Assembly: GCA_051006015.1 (NCBI GenBank)
Contig: JBPCIT010000265.1
Location: 1 to 40,855, forward strand
From: Longimicrobiaceae bacterium
Lineage (GTDB): Bacteria > Gemmatimonadota > Gemmatimonadetes > Longimicrobiales > Longimicrobiaceae
Length of the DNA: 40,855 bases
Direction: 5' to 3'
A program made the translations under genes and the position numbers. This document shows, piece by piece, positions 9,307 to 18,048 of this stretch (its first letter is position 1; every line of letters begins with the position of its first letter). The notes under the pieces are model-generated. The model did not search any database, was not told where the DNA came from, and saw only the letters and a list, made by a program, of their open reading frames with translations.

Positions 9307-9864
9307 TTACAAGGAGAGCGCCATGACCTGGCGCGGGATCTCCGGCGCATCCGGCGCTCGCGAAGCCTGGATCGCCTGGATCCAGCGCGGTGGCGAGGAC
9401 AGGTTCACGGGCGCCACGATCGTGAACCCCTGGCGTTGCAGCGGAGCCCAGCGGATCGGCGGGGCGACACACCAGATGGTGCGGCACCCGATCTCTCTCG
9501 CCTTGCGGATGCGAATCTGGTCCAGCGCATGACTCAGCCCGCGGCGCTGATACTCCGGATGCACGACCAGCCGGTTGAGAGACGCGATTGGAGCGGGTGG
9601 ATCGATTCCCACCCCGATGAAGAACCCGGCATCCGGCAGCGATCGCACGTCGTCATGCACACACATGCGCGCCGCGGCGATCAACCGGCCCCCATCGCGC
9701 ACCACCCAGTGCATGGCGTGCTCGTCATGCTCGTCCTCGCACACATCGGCCGGGAAACTGCCGTCCCGAAGCACACCAACCGACTTCCACGACTCGATCC
9801 GCAGGCCGAAGACGACCTCCCGCAGGAGATCCGTTTCCCCTGGCTGGATGAGCTGCGGCATCAT
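9307..9864 (-). CDS. GNAT-family N-acetyltransferase.
   Basis: 185-aa ORF. Motif A LVVHPEYQRRGLSHAL (Q/R-x-x-G-x-G/A-like CoA-binding). Same strand as the ATP-grasp/decarboxylase gene and 147 bp upstream of it. Confidence 0.75.
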   Translation of the reverse strand: MMPQLIQPGETDLLREVVFGLRIESWKSVGVLRDGSFPADVCEDEHDEHAMHWVVRDGGRLIAAARMCVHDDVRSLPDAGFFIGVGIDPPAPIASLNRLVVHPEYQRRGLSHALDQIRIRKAREIGCRTIWCVAPPIRWAPLQRQGFTIVAPVNLSSPPRWIQAIQASRAPDAPEIPRQVMALSL

Positions 9865-10258
9865 GCCCGAAACTCCGCGGTGACCCTAACGGCACGGTTG
9901 CACTCCGTGCGTCCTGCCGCGCCCGTGCTCATTCCATCATTGATCGGGCGGGGCACGGGCATACTCGCTCGCCATGATTAACGATCCGCCGGCCCCCAAC
10001 GAGGCGCGTAGGAGAACGCAAGTACAAGGCCACGTTTGTTTCCTTCGGGAGTGCCGCTACCCGGAAGGCGTCGCGCGGAGAAAAGAAGCGTTCTGCGCGT
10101 GGTCTGACGATCGACGAGCTCAGCTACTGGCTGGTGTGGTGGGTGGGGCAGGAGTGCGCGTCTACTTTGGCAGAGTGGCGTCGTCGGATGACATGCACGG
10201 CGAGGGTGGAACGCGGCTGACACGCGTGTATCGAGCGGTCCTGCCGAACCCGGATCGG

Positions 10259-11571
10259 CTATCCACCCCCGAGATAGGCGTAGCGGAGCACGAAGAGCAG
10301 CGCCAGCAGGTATACCAGCGGGCTCACTTCCCTTCCCTGCCCCGCCAGCAGCTTGATCAGCGGGTAGGAGATGAAGCCGAGCGCCAGCCCGTCGGCGATG
10401 GAGAAGGTGAGCGGCATTCCGACCAGCGTTAGAAAAGCCGGCACCGCCTCCGTCGCATCCTCCCAGCGCACGCCGAGCGCGCTGTGGAGCATCAGGCTTC
10501 CCACGATGATCAGCGCAGGCGCCGTCGCGACCGCGGGGATGGCCGCCGCGAGCGGGGAGAGGAAGACCGCCAGCAGGAAGAGCACGCCCACCGTCACCGC
10601 GGTGAGTCCGGTGCGTCCGCCCTCGGCTACGCCGGCGGCGCTCTCGATGTAGGAGGTCACGGTGGAGGTGCCGAGCACCGCACCCGCGCTGGTAGCGATC
10701 GAGTCGGCGAGGAGCGCCCGCTGCGCACGCGGGAGATCACCCTCGGGAGTGAGATAGCCCGCCTGCTGCCCGAGTCCGACGAGCGTGCCTACCGTGTCGA
10801 ATAGGTCCACGAAGAGGAACACGAAGACGACCTGGAGAATGCCGAGTCCGAGCGCCGCCCGCACGTCGAGCGCCAGGAAGGTCGGCGCGGGATCGGGGAT
10901 CGCCACCAGGCGCGTCGGCGGCGCGGCCACTCCGGTCAGGTACGCGCCCGCGGCCGTAAAGGCGATCCCCAGGATGATGGCGCTCTTCCATCCCCGCGCC
11001 AGCAGCGCCGCGGTGAGCACCACCCCGCCGAGGGCCAGCAGCACCGGCAGCGAGGTGACCTCGCCGAGCGCCACCGCGGTCGCGGGGCTGGCGACCACCA
11101 CTCCGGCGTTGCGCAGACCGATGAAGGCGATGAAGAGCCCGATCCCGGCACCGGTAGCGAGCTTGAGCGTGAGGGGGATGGCGCGCACCACCAGCTCGCG
11201 GATCCGCCCCAGGGTGAGCAGCAGGAAGACGACGCCGGAGATGAAGACAGCGCCCAGCGCGGTCTGCCAGGGCACCCCCTCCCCAGCACGACGGAGTAGG
11301 TGAAGTAGGCATTCAGCCCCATCCCCGGCGCGAGCGCGAAGGGGTAGTTCGCCAGCACCCCCATCAGGATGGAGCCGAGCGCGGCCGCGACCGCAGTAGC
11401 GAAGAGCGCGCCCTCGATCGGCACCCCCGCCTCCGAGAGGATCAGCGGGTTGACGGCGAGGATGTACGCCATCGTCAGGAAGGTGGTCACTCCCGCCTCC
11501 ACCTCCGTCCTCACCGTGGTGCCGCTCTCCCGCAGCCGGAACTGTCGCTCGAGCCACCCGGTTCCCGGCAC
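10259..11571 (-). pseudogene. AzgA/NCS2-family purine (guanine/hypoxanthine-type) permease, disrupted by a 1-bp frameshift at a G4-A-G5 run (about 11271-11285).
   Basis: The N-terminal 95 aa read in one frame (FLTMAYILAVNPLILSEAG...PGMGLNAYFTYSVVLG). The next 340 aa continue in the +1 frame (GVPWQTALGAVFISGVVFLLL...), consistent with one contiguous AzgA-like protein. Inserting one G in the first G run restores VVLGEGVPWQ. Confidence 0.8.
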
Positions 11572-11618
11572 CTACGGCGCCCCAGCAGCAAGCGCTGAGG
11601 CGGATCGCGCAGCCCGCT

Positions 11619-12209
11619 TCATTCGCCGGAGAGTCCGAGCTCCGGTGCGACGCCGCGCATCGCCTCGATCACGAACTGGACGTGCTCCTTGAGATCCACG
11701 CCGAGCTGCTCCGCCGCCTCCGTGACCTCCGTGCGGTCCACCCCCGCCGCAAAGGCGCGGTCCTTGAACTTCTTCAGCACCGACTTCGCCTCCAGATCCA
11801 TCACCGAGCGCGAGGGACGCACCAGCGCTGCGGCGGTGATCAGCCCCGTCACCTCGTCGCAGGCGCGCAGGGTGCGGTCGAGCAGCGTCTCCGGTGCGAC
11901 GTTGGTGCGCGACGGGTAGCCGTGCGCCAGCACCGCGTGCACCAGCTCCTCCGGGTAGCCTCGCTCGCGCAGGATCTCGGCGCCCGGCAGCGGATGAGCG
12001 TCGGGCCGCTTCTCGTAATCGAAGTCGTGGATCAGCCCGGCAAGGCCGTACAGCTCCTCGTGCTCATCGTACTTGCGGGCGTAGGCGCGGCACGCCGCCT
12101 CGACGGCGTACATGTGGCGGCGCAGGCTCTCGCTCTCGACGTACTGGTGCATCAGCGCGAGGACCTCGGCACGCGAGGGTAAGCTCTCAGGCATGAACCG
12201 CTGCTCCAA
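11619..12209 (-). CDS. HD-domain phosphohydrolase (HDIG-like).
   Basis: 196-aa ORF with LAGLIHDFDYEK (HD motif) and conserved His residues. Confidence 0.8.
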   Translation of the reverse strand: MEQRFMPESLPSRAEVLALMHQYVESESLRRHMYAVEAACRAYARKYDEHEELYGLAGLIHDFDYEKRPDAHPLPGAEILRERGYPEELVHAVLAHGYPSRTNVAPETLLDRTLRACDEVTGLITAAALVRPSRSVMDLEAKSVLKKFKDRAFAAGVDRTEVTEAAEQLGVDLKEHVQFVIEAMRGVAPELGLSGE

Positions 12210-12233
12210 TGCTAACGAGGGAAATGTGAACGC

Positions 12234-13667
12234 TCAGAATTCGGCGTTTCCGGGCGTCCGGGGATACGGGATCACGTCGCGAATGTTGGTCATGCCGGTC
12301 GCGTACTGGATCAGGCGCTCGAAGCCGAGGCCGAATCCCGCATGCGGGACGGTGCCGTAGCGGCGCAGGTCGCGGTACCACCAGTAGGCCTCCTTCTCCA
12401 GCCCCATCTCCTCCATGCGGCGATCGAGCACCTCGAGGCGCTCTTCGCGCTGCGAGCCGCCGATGATCTCGCCGATGCCGGGGGCGAGCACATCCATCGC
12501 GGCTACCGTGCGGCCGTCGTCGTTGACGCGCATGTAGAAAGCCTTGATATCCCGGGGGTAGTTCATCACCACCACCGGCCGCTTGATGAGCTCCTCGGTG
12601 AGGTAACGCTCGTGCTCGGACTGCAGGTCGATTCCCCATTCGACCGGGAACTCGAAGCTGCGCTTCGCCTTCTTCAGCAGCTCGATGGCGTCGGTGTAGT
12701 CGATGCGCTCGAAGCTGGAGGCGAGGAAGTCCTCGATCCGATGGATGGCCTGCTTGTCGATGCGATCCGCGAAGAAGGCCATGTCGTCCTGCCGCTCGTC
12801 GAGCAGCTCCGTCAGGATGGAGCGCAGAAAGGCCTCGGCCAGATCCGCGTCATCGTGCAGGTCGGCGAAGGCGATCTCCGGCTCGATCATCCAGAACTCG
12901 GCCAGATGGCGGCTGGTATTCGAGTTCTCGGCGCGGAAGGTGGGGCCGAAGGTGTAGACGTTGCCGAGCGCCAGGCAGTAGCCCTCGACGTTGAGCTGCC
13001 CGGAGACGGTGAGGTTTACCTGCTGGCCGAAGAAGTCCTGCGCGAAATCGACCTCGCCCTCCGGCGTACGCGGCAGGTTGAGCAGATCGAGCGTCGATAC
13101 GCGGAACATCGCGCCCGCGCCCTCGGCATCGTTGCTGGTGATGATCGGCGTGTGCACCCAGTAGAAGCCACGCCGGTCGAAGAAGCGGTGGATCGCCATC
13201 GCCAGGGTGTGCCGCACCCGCGCGATCGCGCCGAAGGTGTTGGTGCGCGGGCGCAGGTGCGCGACCTCGCGGAGGAACTCGAAGCTGTGCTGCTTCGGCT
13301 GAATCGGATAGGTCTCGGGATCCTCGACCCAGCCTACCACTTGGAGCTCCCTCGCGCGGATCTCGACCGTCTGACCCTTCCCCTGCGAGGGGACCACCTC
13401 GCCGCGCGCGATCACCGAGGCGCCGCTGGTGAGCCGCAGCACCTCGCTCTCGTAGTTCGCCAGCTCGCCCGGGGCGACCACCTGGATCGGGTGGAAGCCG
13501 GAGCCGTCGTGCAGATGGATGAAGGAGAGGCCTGCCTTCGAGTCACGCCGGGTGCGCACCCATCCCTTCACGGTCACCTGCCCGCCGACCGGCACCTGCC
13601 CGGCGAGAATGTCGGCGATGCGCACGTGCGGCGCGGTAGTGGTTACCTGCTTCTCTTTGGTTGTCAT
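12234..13667 (-). CDS. asnS: asparagine--tRNA ligase (class IIb aminoacyl-tRNA synthetase).
   Basis: 477-aa ORF. N-terminal OB-fold anticodon-binding region and the AsnRS-type motif 2 [22 protein letters not shown]. Motif 3 GFGLGFERL. Confidence 0.9.
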   Translation of the reverse strand: MTTKEKQVTTTAPHVRIADILAGQVPVGGQVTVKGWVRTRRDSKAGLSFIHLHDGSGFHPIQVVAPGELANYESEVLRLTSGASVIARGEVVPSQGKGQTVEIRARELQVVGWVEDPETYPIQPKQHSFEFLREVAHLRPRTNTFGAIARVRHTLAMAIHRFFDRRGFYWVHTPIITSNDAEGAGAMFRVSTLDLLNLPRTPEGEVDFAQDFFGQQVNLTVSGQLNVEGYCLALGNVYTFGPTFRAENSNTSRHLAEFWMIEPEIAFADLHDDADLAEAFLRSILTELLDERQDDMAFFADRIDKQAIHRIEDFLASSFERIDYTDAIELLKKAKRSFEFPVEWGIDLQSEHERYLTEELIKRPVVVMNYPRDIKAFYMRVNDDGRTVAAMDVLAPGIGEIIGGSQREERLEVLDRRMEEMGLEKEAYWWYRDLRRYGTVPHAGFGLGFERLIQYATGMTNIRDVIPYPRTPGNAEF

Positions 13668-13719
13668 CTGTTGTGATAACCGCGCAGTAGATGAATTCTG
13701 TCGGATCCCCGGCGGGCCC

Positions 13720-13870
13720 TCACCCCCGGCTCGCTAGGGCTCGCCACCCCCTCTCCCAAGGAGGGAGAGGGGGAGCACTGCAGATCCTGTCGCTGCACCA
13801 ACACTGAGGTTCGGCAGGATCAAGTCCCCCTCTCCCCTTGTGGGAGAGGGGGTGAGGGCCGCACCCGTCG
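13720..13870. repeat. two copies of a G/C-run hairpin repeat (CCCCCTCTCCC-loop-GGGAGAGGGGG) with flanking CGCTAGGGCTC / GTGAGGGC modules; REP/MITE-like intergenic element.
   Basis: Copy 1 about 13744-13781 (CCCCCTCTCCCaaggaGGGAGAGGGGG). Copy 2 about 13825-13857 (CCCCCTCTCCCCttgtGGGAGAGGGGGTGAGGGCC). Related copies at 14480-14535 and 25425-25550. Confidence 0.6.
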
Positions 13871-14552
13871 GGCACAGCTCCAGCAGCCCGCACAGCTCGC
13901 ACCGCGGCTTGCGCGCGATGCAGATCGTGCGCCCGTGGTCGATCACCCGGTGGGTGAACTGCACCCGCTCCTCAGACGGGATCAGGGGGAGCAGATCCTG
14001 CTCGACGCGCTCCGGATCTGTCTCCACGGTGAGGCCGAGCCGCTTGGTCACCCGCTTGACGTGCGTGTCCACCACCACCCCGTCCGCCTTGCCGAAGGCG
14101 ACGCCGCGCACCACGTTGGCCGTCTTGCGGCCGACGCCGGGGAGAGCGGTGAGCTCCGGCAGCGCACAAGGCACCGCACCGCCGTGCCGCTCCTCGAGCG
14201 CCTGAGCCAGGCCGATCAGCGCCCGCGCCTTGTTGCGGAAGAAGTTGATCGAGCGGATCCCCTGCTCGACCTCTTCCTGCGCGGCGGCGGCGAGCGACAC
14301 GGCCGTGGGGTAGCGCGCAAAGAGCGCCGGCGTCACCTGGTTCACGCGCGCGTCCGTGCACTGCGCCGAGAGCACCGTCGCCACCAGGAGCTGGAAGGCG
14401 TCCTCGTGATCCAGCGAGCAGCGGCTCTCCGGGTACATCGCCGCCAGCCGCGCGAGGATGAGCGAGGCGCGCTCCTGCAGTGCTCCCCCTCTGCCGATGC
14501 TGGGAGAGGGGGCCGGGGGGTGAGGGCTAGCGCCTTTCACGCCGCTCCTCAA
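13734..14552 (-). CDS. nth: endonuclease III (DNA glycosylase/AP lyase, HhH-GPD with 4Fe-4S cluster) carrying repeat-derived N- and C-terminal extensions. Start probably TTG at 14552 or GTG at 14540.
   Basis: LLVATVLSAQCTD, LPGVGRKTANVV (HhH-GPD) and C-x6-C-x2-C-x5-C (CIARKPRCELCGLLELC). About 45 aa beyond the Fe-S motif and about 25 aa at the N-terminus are encoded by the hairpin repeats. GGGAGG lies 4 nt upstream of the TTG. Confidence 0.85.
   Translation of the reverse strand: MRSGVKGASPHPPAPSPSIGRGGALQERASLILARLAAMYPESRCSLDHEDAFQLLVATVLSAQCTDARVNQVTPALFARYPTAVSLAAAAQEEVEQGIRSINFFRNKARALIGLAQALEERHGGAVPCALPELTALPGVGRKTANVVRGVAFGKADGVVVDTHVKRVTKRLGLTVETDPERVEQDLLPLIPSEERVQFTHRVIDHGRTICIARKPRCELCGLLELCPTGAALTPSPTRGEGDLILPNLSVGAATGSAVLPLSLLGRGGGEP
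14480..14535. repeat. hairpin repeat copy in inverted orientation (CCCCCTCT...GGGAGAGGGGGCCGGGGGGTGAGGGCTAGCG) at the PolX/nth junction.
   Basis: Shares the GGGAGAGGGGG and GTGAGGGCTAGCG modules with the copies at 13720-13870 and 25425-25550; TGAGGGCTAGCG is the reverse complement of CGCTAGCCCTCA in the others. Confidence 0.5.
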
Positions 14553-16260
14553 AGTACCTCCCTACCTCTTCCAGCGCCCAGGTATTGAGCACCTGCCGCG
14601 CCTCCAGTCCTCCCTTGCGCGCGATGTTCACCCCGAAGACCACGTGCTCGAGGCCGTCCACCGAGTGGGCATCGGGGTTGATGGCGATCAGCACACCGCG
14701 CTCGGCGGCGTAGCGCAGGTGGCGCCAGTCGAGGTCCAGCCGGTGCGGATTTGCGTTGATCTCGACCACCACGCCATGCTCAGCCGCGGCATCGAGCACC
14801 GCCTCGACGTCCAGCGGATACCCCTCACGGGTGAGCAGCAGCCGCCCGGTAGGGTGGCCGAGGATGGTGAGATACGGATTCCGCACGGCCCGGAGCACGC
14901 GCTCCGTCATCTCCTCGCGCGAGATGCCGAAGCCCGAATGCACGGAGCCCACTACGTAGTCGAAGCTCGCCAGCACCTCGTCGGGGTAATCCAGGCTGCC
15001 GTCGGGAAGGATGTCGGACTCGGTGCCCTTGAAGATGCGAAAGCCACTCGCGGCGTTCGCCTGATTCCAGGCGTCGATCTCGCGCTGCTGCTCGCGCACC
15101 CGCTCGATCGCGAGTCCGCCGGCATAAGCCGCAGCGCGCGAGTGGTCGGCGAGGCCGAGGTAGGACCAGCCGCGCTCGCGGGCGGCCTCCGCCATCTCCG
15201 CGACCGTAGCCTTGCCGTCGGAGTAGGTGGTGTGGCAGTGGAAGGTGCCCCGCAGGTCGTCAAGCTCGACGAGCCGGGGGAGCGGGCCCGCGTCGGCCAA
15301 CGCGACCTCCCCCATCCCCTCGCGCAGCTCCGGCGGGACGTAGGCGAGGCCGAGCCTCTCGTAGAGCAAACTCTCATCCGCGAGCTGCACGAGCTGGTCG
15401 CCCTGCCAGAGACCGTCGGAATCGAGGCGCAGCCCCGCTGCGGCGGCACGCTCCACCAGCTCGCGGAGATGAGCGTCGCTGCCCGTCTGCCAGAGGAGCG
15501 CTCCCGTGAAGCGCTCGGGCGGCACACAGCGGAGGCGCGCGCGCAGCCCGTCCGTCAGCTCGACCAGCGCGTGCTCTCCCCCGCCCCGCTCGACCACCTG
15601 CGTCACCCCGTTGAGCTGCACGAACGCCTCGACCAGGGTGCTCGTCTCCTCGGCGCTGGCGACCAGCTCGACGGTCTCCACGATCTCGAGGCGGCGCCGC
15701 AGCGGGCCCGCGATCTCGGCGTAGTGGACGCCGGGCCGCTCACGCAGCCAGAGCAGCAGCCGCACCGCCACCTCGAGCGCCTCCGGGTAGCGCCGGCGGC
15801 CGCGGCTGGTGCGCATGAAGGCGAGCCCCGCCAGGATCTTCTTCTCGGTGCGGGCGCCGAAGCCGGAGAGACTGGCGATCCGTCCGGCGCGGGCCGCCTC
15901 CTCGAGCGCATCGAGCGAATCGATCCCCAGCGCCTCGTGCAGCGTGTGGATGCGCTTCGCTCCCAGACCGGGAATCCTGAGCAGGTCGTAGAGGCCGATG
16001 GGGGTGGCGGTCTTCAATTCCTCGTAGAGGGTCGAGCGGCCGGTCTCGACCAGCTCGCGGATCGTCTCGGCGATCGCGGGTCCGACGCCGCTGAGGGAGG
16101 TGAGCGTCCCTTCGCGCGCCAGCGCCTCGAGGTCCACGTCCGAGCCTTCGAGCGAGCGCGCGGCGCTCGCGAAGGCGCGGCTGCGGAAGGGGTTCTCGCC
16201 GTTCAGCTCGGAGAGAGTGGCGATCTCGGCGAGCACGCGTGCCAGGTCGGCACGCGTCAA
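14527..16260 (-). CDS. polX: family X DNA polymerase (PolX) with a C-terminal PHP phosphoesterase domain. TTG start overlaps the upstream stop (TTGA).
   Basis: 577 aa from the TTG at 16258-16260 (MTRADLARVLAEIATL...). HhH motifs (GVGPAIAE, IPGLGAKR), a pol-beta-like core, and a PHP domain (FHCHTTYSDGKATV, HSGFG, NPDAHS). The 836-aa track ORF is an upstream out-of-context extension. Confidence 0.85.
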   Translation of the reverse strand: MTRADLARVLAEIATLSELNGENPFRSRAFASAARSLEGSDVDLEALAREGTLTSLSGVGPAIAETIRELVETGRSTLYEELKTATPIGLYDLLRIPGLGAKRIHTLHEALGIDSLDALEEAARAGRIASLSGFGARTEKKILAGLAFMRTSRGRRRYPEALEVAVRLLLWLRERPGVHYAEIAGPLRRRLEIVETVELVASAEETSTLVEAFVQLNGVTQVVERGGGEHALVELTDGLRARLRCVPPERFTGALLWQTGSDAHLRELVERAAAAGLRLDSDGLWQGDQLVQLADESLLYERLGLAYVPPELREGMGEVALADAGPLPRLVELDDLRGTFHCHTTYSDGKATVAEMAEAARERGWSYLGLADHSRAAAYAGGLAIERVREQQREIDAWNQANAASGFRIFKGTESDILPDGSLDYPDEVLASFDYVVGSVHSGFGISREEMTERVLRAVRNPYLTILGHPTGRLLLTREGYPLDVEAVLDAAAEHGVVVEINANPHRLDLDWRHLRYAAERGVLIAINPDAHSVDGLEHVVFGVNIARKGGLEARQVLNTWALEEVGRYFEERRERR

Positions 16261-17123
16261 GCGCCGCCCTCGCCGAAGGTGACACGCTGAAAGTCGAGGC
16301 GCGAGGTGCGGCCGGTCTCCTGCTGCGAGCCGGTGCGCGTCTCGGGCGCCTCGTGGGGGCGGACATCCAGCGGGTGCGCAGCGATGTACCAGATGGCGCG
16401 CGCGAGCAGCTTGAGCGCCTCGGCGGTGGTGAGGATCGAGTAGAGGCCGCTGATCTCGCCGCCGGGGAGGATGTTCTCGAAGTCGCGGGCGGCCTCGCGG
16501 CCGGGGGTCTCCGCCCACACCGCGGGGATGCCCGGACCGACCTGGGTGTCGAAGGGGATCACGCTGAAACCGGCGCGTTCCCGCCGGATGCCGAGGACGA
16601 GGAGCAGCTCGAGCCGCTGGTAGGGACCGGCGACCGGGCCCTCCGCGTGAGAGGCGGTGGCGAAGAAGCCGTCCACCGGCTCCGGCGTGCTCTCGGGGGA
16701 GATGCTCGCCCAGAAGAGGTTGGCGGGAAGCTGCACGTAGAGGCTGGGATAGGGCAGCGCGAACTCCCATCCCTGTAGCTTGGGCGCGGCCTCGACGAGG
16801 TACCGGGCGAGCGCCGTGTCGAGCAGGTACGCCCGCTTGCCGAAGCGCCAGAAGTTGAAGGCGTGGTAGAGGAGCACGCGGTACTCCTCGGCCGCTTCCG
16901 GCGGCATCTCCTCGGGGACGACGTCGCGCAGGGCATCGCCGCCCACCGTCAGAAAGGCGAAGCGGTCCCGCTGCGCCGGATCGATGCCCGCGGTCTCCGC
17001 CTCCCGTTCGAGGGAGGGAAAGATCCGGGTCTCCCACTCCGCCGCACCGAACGCCAGCTCGTATGGGGTGAGCCGCGCGGCGCCCCGGGCGCCGTCCTGC
17101 GGCTGCTCATACTCCTTCTGCAT
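16257..17123 (-). CDS. conserved hypothetical protein, first gene of the PolX-nth operon.
   Basis: About 288 aa from the ATG at 17123 (MQKEYEQP...), with GGGAG upstream. No recognisable motif. Its stop is fused with the PolX start. Confidence 0.55.
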   Translation of the reverse strand: MQKEYEQPQDGARGAARLTPYELAFGAAEWETRIFPSLEREAETAGIDPAQRDRFAFLTVGGDALRDVVPEEMPPEAAEEYRVLLYHAFNFWRFGKRAYLLDTALARYLVEAAPKLQGWEFALPYPSLYVQLPANLFWASISPESTPEPVDGFFATASHAEGPVAGPYQRLELLLVLGIRRERAGFSVIPFDTQVGPGIPAVWAETPGREAARDFENILPGGEISGLYSILTTAEALKLLARAIWYIAAHPLDVRPHEAPETRTGSQQETGRTSRLDFQRVTFGEGGA

Positions 17124-17169
17124 CACACGTAACTCCCGCGTTTGCCGCCGCTCCGCGTTCCGGCGGCGC

Positions 17170-18048
17170 TCATTCTCCCGCCCGCGCTTCCAGCCAGTCG
17201 CGCAGCAGCGGCCAGATCTCCTGGCGGGCATTGCGGCTGACGATCAGCTCCGCATGCCCGTACTCCTCGAGAAATCCCTGCCGGGTGCCGGCGAGCACCA
17301 GCGTGCGGTCCTCGGAGCCGAAGCGCCCGGCCAGGTCGCGGACCGCCTCCGGCGGCGCAAGCCACCGGTCGCCCGCGCCGGCCAGCGCCAGCAGCGGGAC
17401 CTCCACGGCATCTAGCGCGTCAAGGTAGTCACCCCCGTCGCTGCCGCGCCAGGCGCCGTGCAGATTCCAGCCCATCCACTGGCGGATCAGGGGCGTCGGC
17501 TCCGGCTCGGGACCCAGACCGAGCAGCGTTCCCGGCACTGCTGCCCGCGGGAAGAGGCCGGCCGCGAGGTGGCCGGAGCGTGCCACCCAGCGGCGGAGGC
17601 CGCTTACCCCGGCGGGCCCCGGCGCACCGATCAGCACCAGACCCCGCAGCCGCGCGGCGAGCTGCGGACACGCTCCCACGGCCGCCGCACCCACCACCCC
17701 TCCCGCACTGTGCCCGACCCAGAAGCAGTCGGGCGCTCCGGTCGTGGCGAGCACCCGATCGAGGGCGGCGGGGGCGTCCTGCCGGATCCAGTCCTCCAGC
17801 GTCCAGGACGCGGGGCGCTCGCTCGCGCCATGTCCGCGCGGCTCGAGGATCCAGATGTCGAAGCCGGCCTCCGCGAGGAAGCGGCCGAAGCCCTGGCCGC
17901 GAGTGCCGAGCCAGAAGGTGCGCGTGCTGAAGGTGCCCGCCACCAGCAGCACCGGCGTCGTGTGGCGCGGCGCCCGGGGCTCCAGCCGGTGCAGCACGAT
18001 GCGTACGCCGTCGCCGGTGCGCGCCGGGTACGCGCGCGTCGGGCTCAC
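17170..18048 (-). CDS. alpha/beta-fold hydrolase (GHSAGG nucleophile elbow).
   Basis: 292-aa ORF. VGHSAGG motif and HG-x oxyanion region. Overlaps the upstream gene by ATGA. Confidence 0.75.
   Translation of the reverse strand: MSPTRAYPARTGDGVRIVLHRLEPRAPRHTTPVLLVAGTFSTRTFWLGTRGQGFGRFLAEAGFDIWILEPRGHGASERPASWTLEDWIRQDAPAALDRVLATTGAPDCFWVGHSAGGVVGAAAVGACPQLAARLRGLVLIGAPGPAGVSGLRRWVARSGHLAAGLFPRAAVPGTLLGLGPEPEPTPLIRQWMGWNLHGAWRGSDGGDYLDALDAVEVPLLALAGAGDRWLAPPEAVRDLAGRFGSEDRTLVLAGTRQGFLEEYGHAELIVSRNARQEIWPLLRDWLEARAGE

Noticed and set aside
14527-17037. 836-aa version of PolX from the ORF track
   Set aside because: The upstream about 260 aa are Arg/Pro-rich nonsense overlapping the preceding gene in another frame. 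PolX homology begins at the TTG at 16260, which overlaps the upstream TGA.
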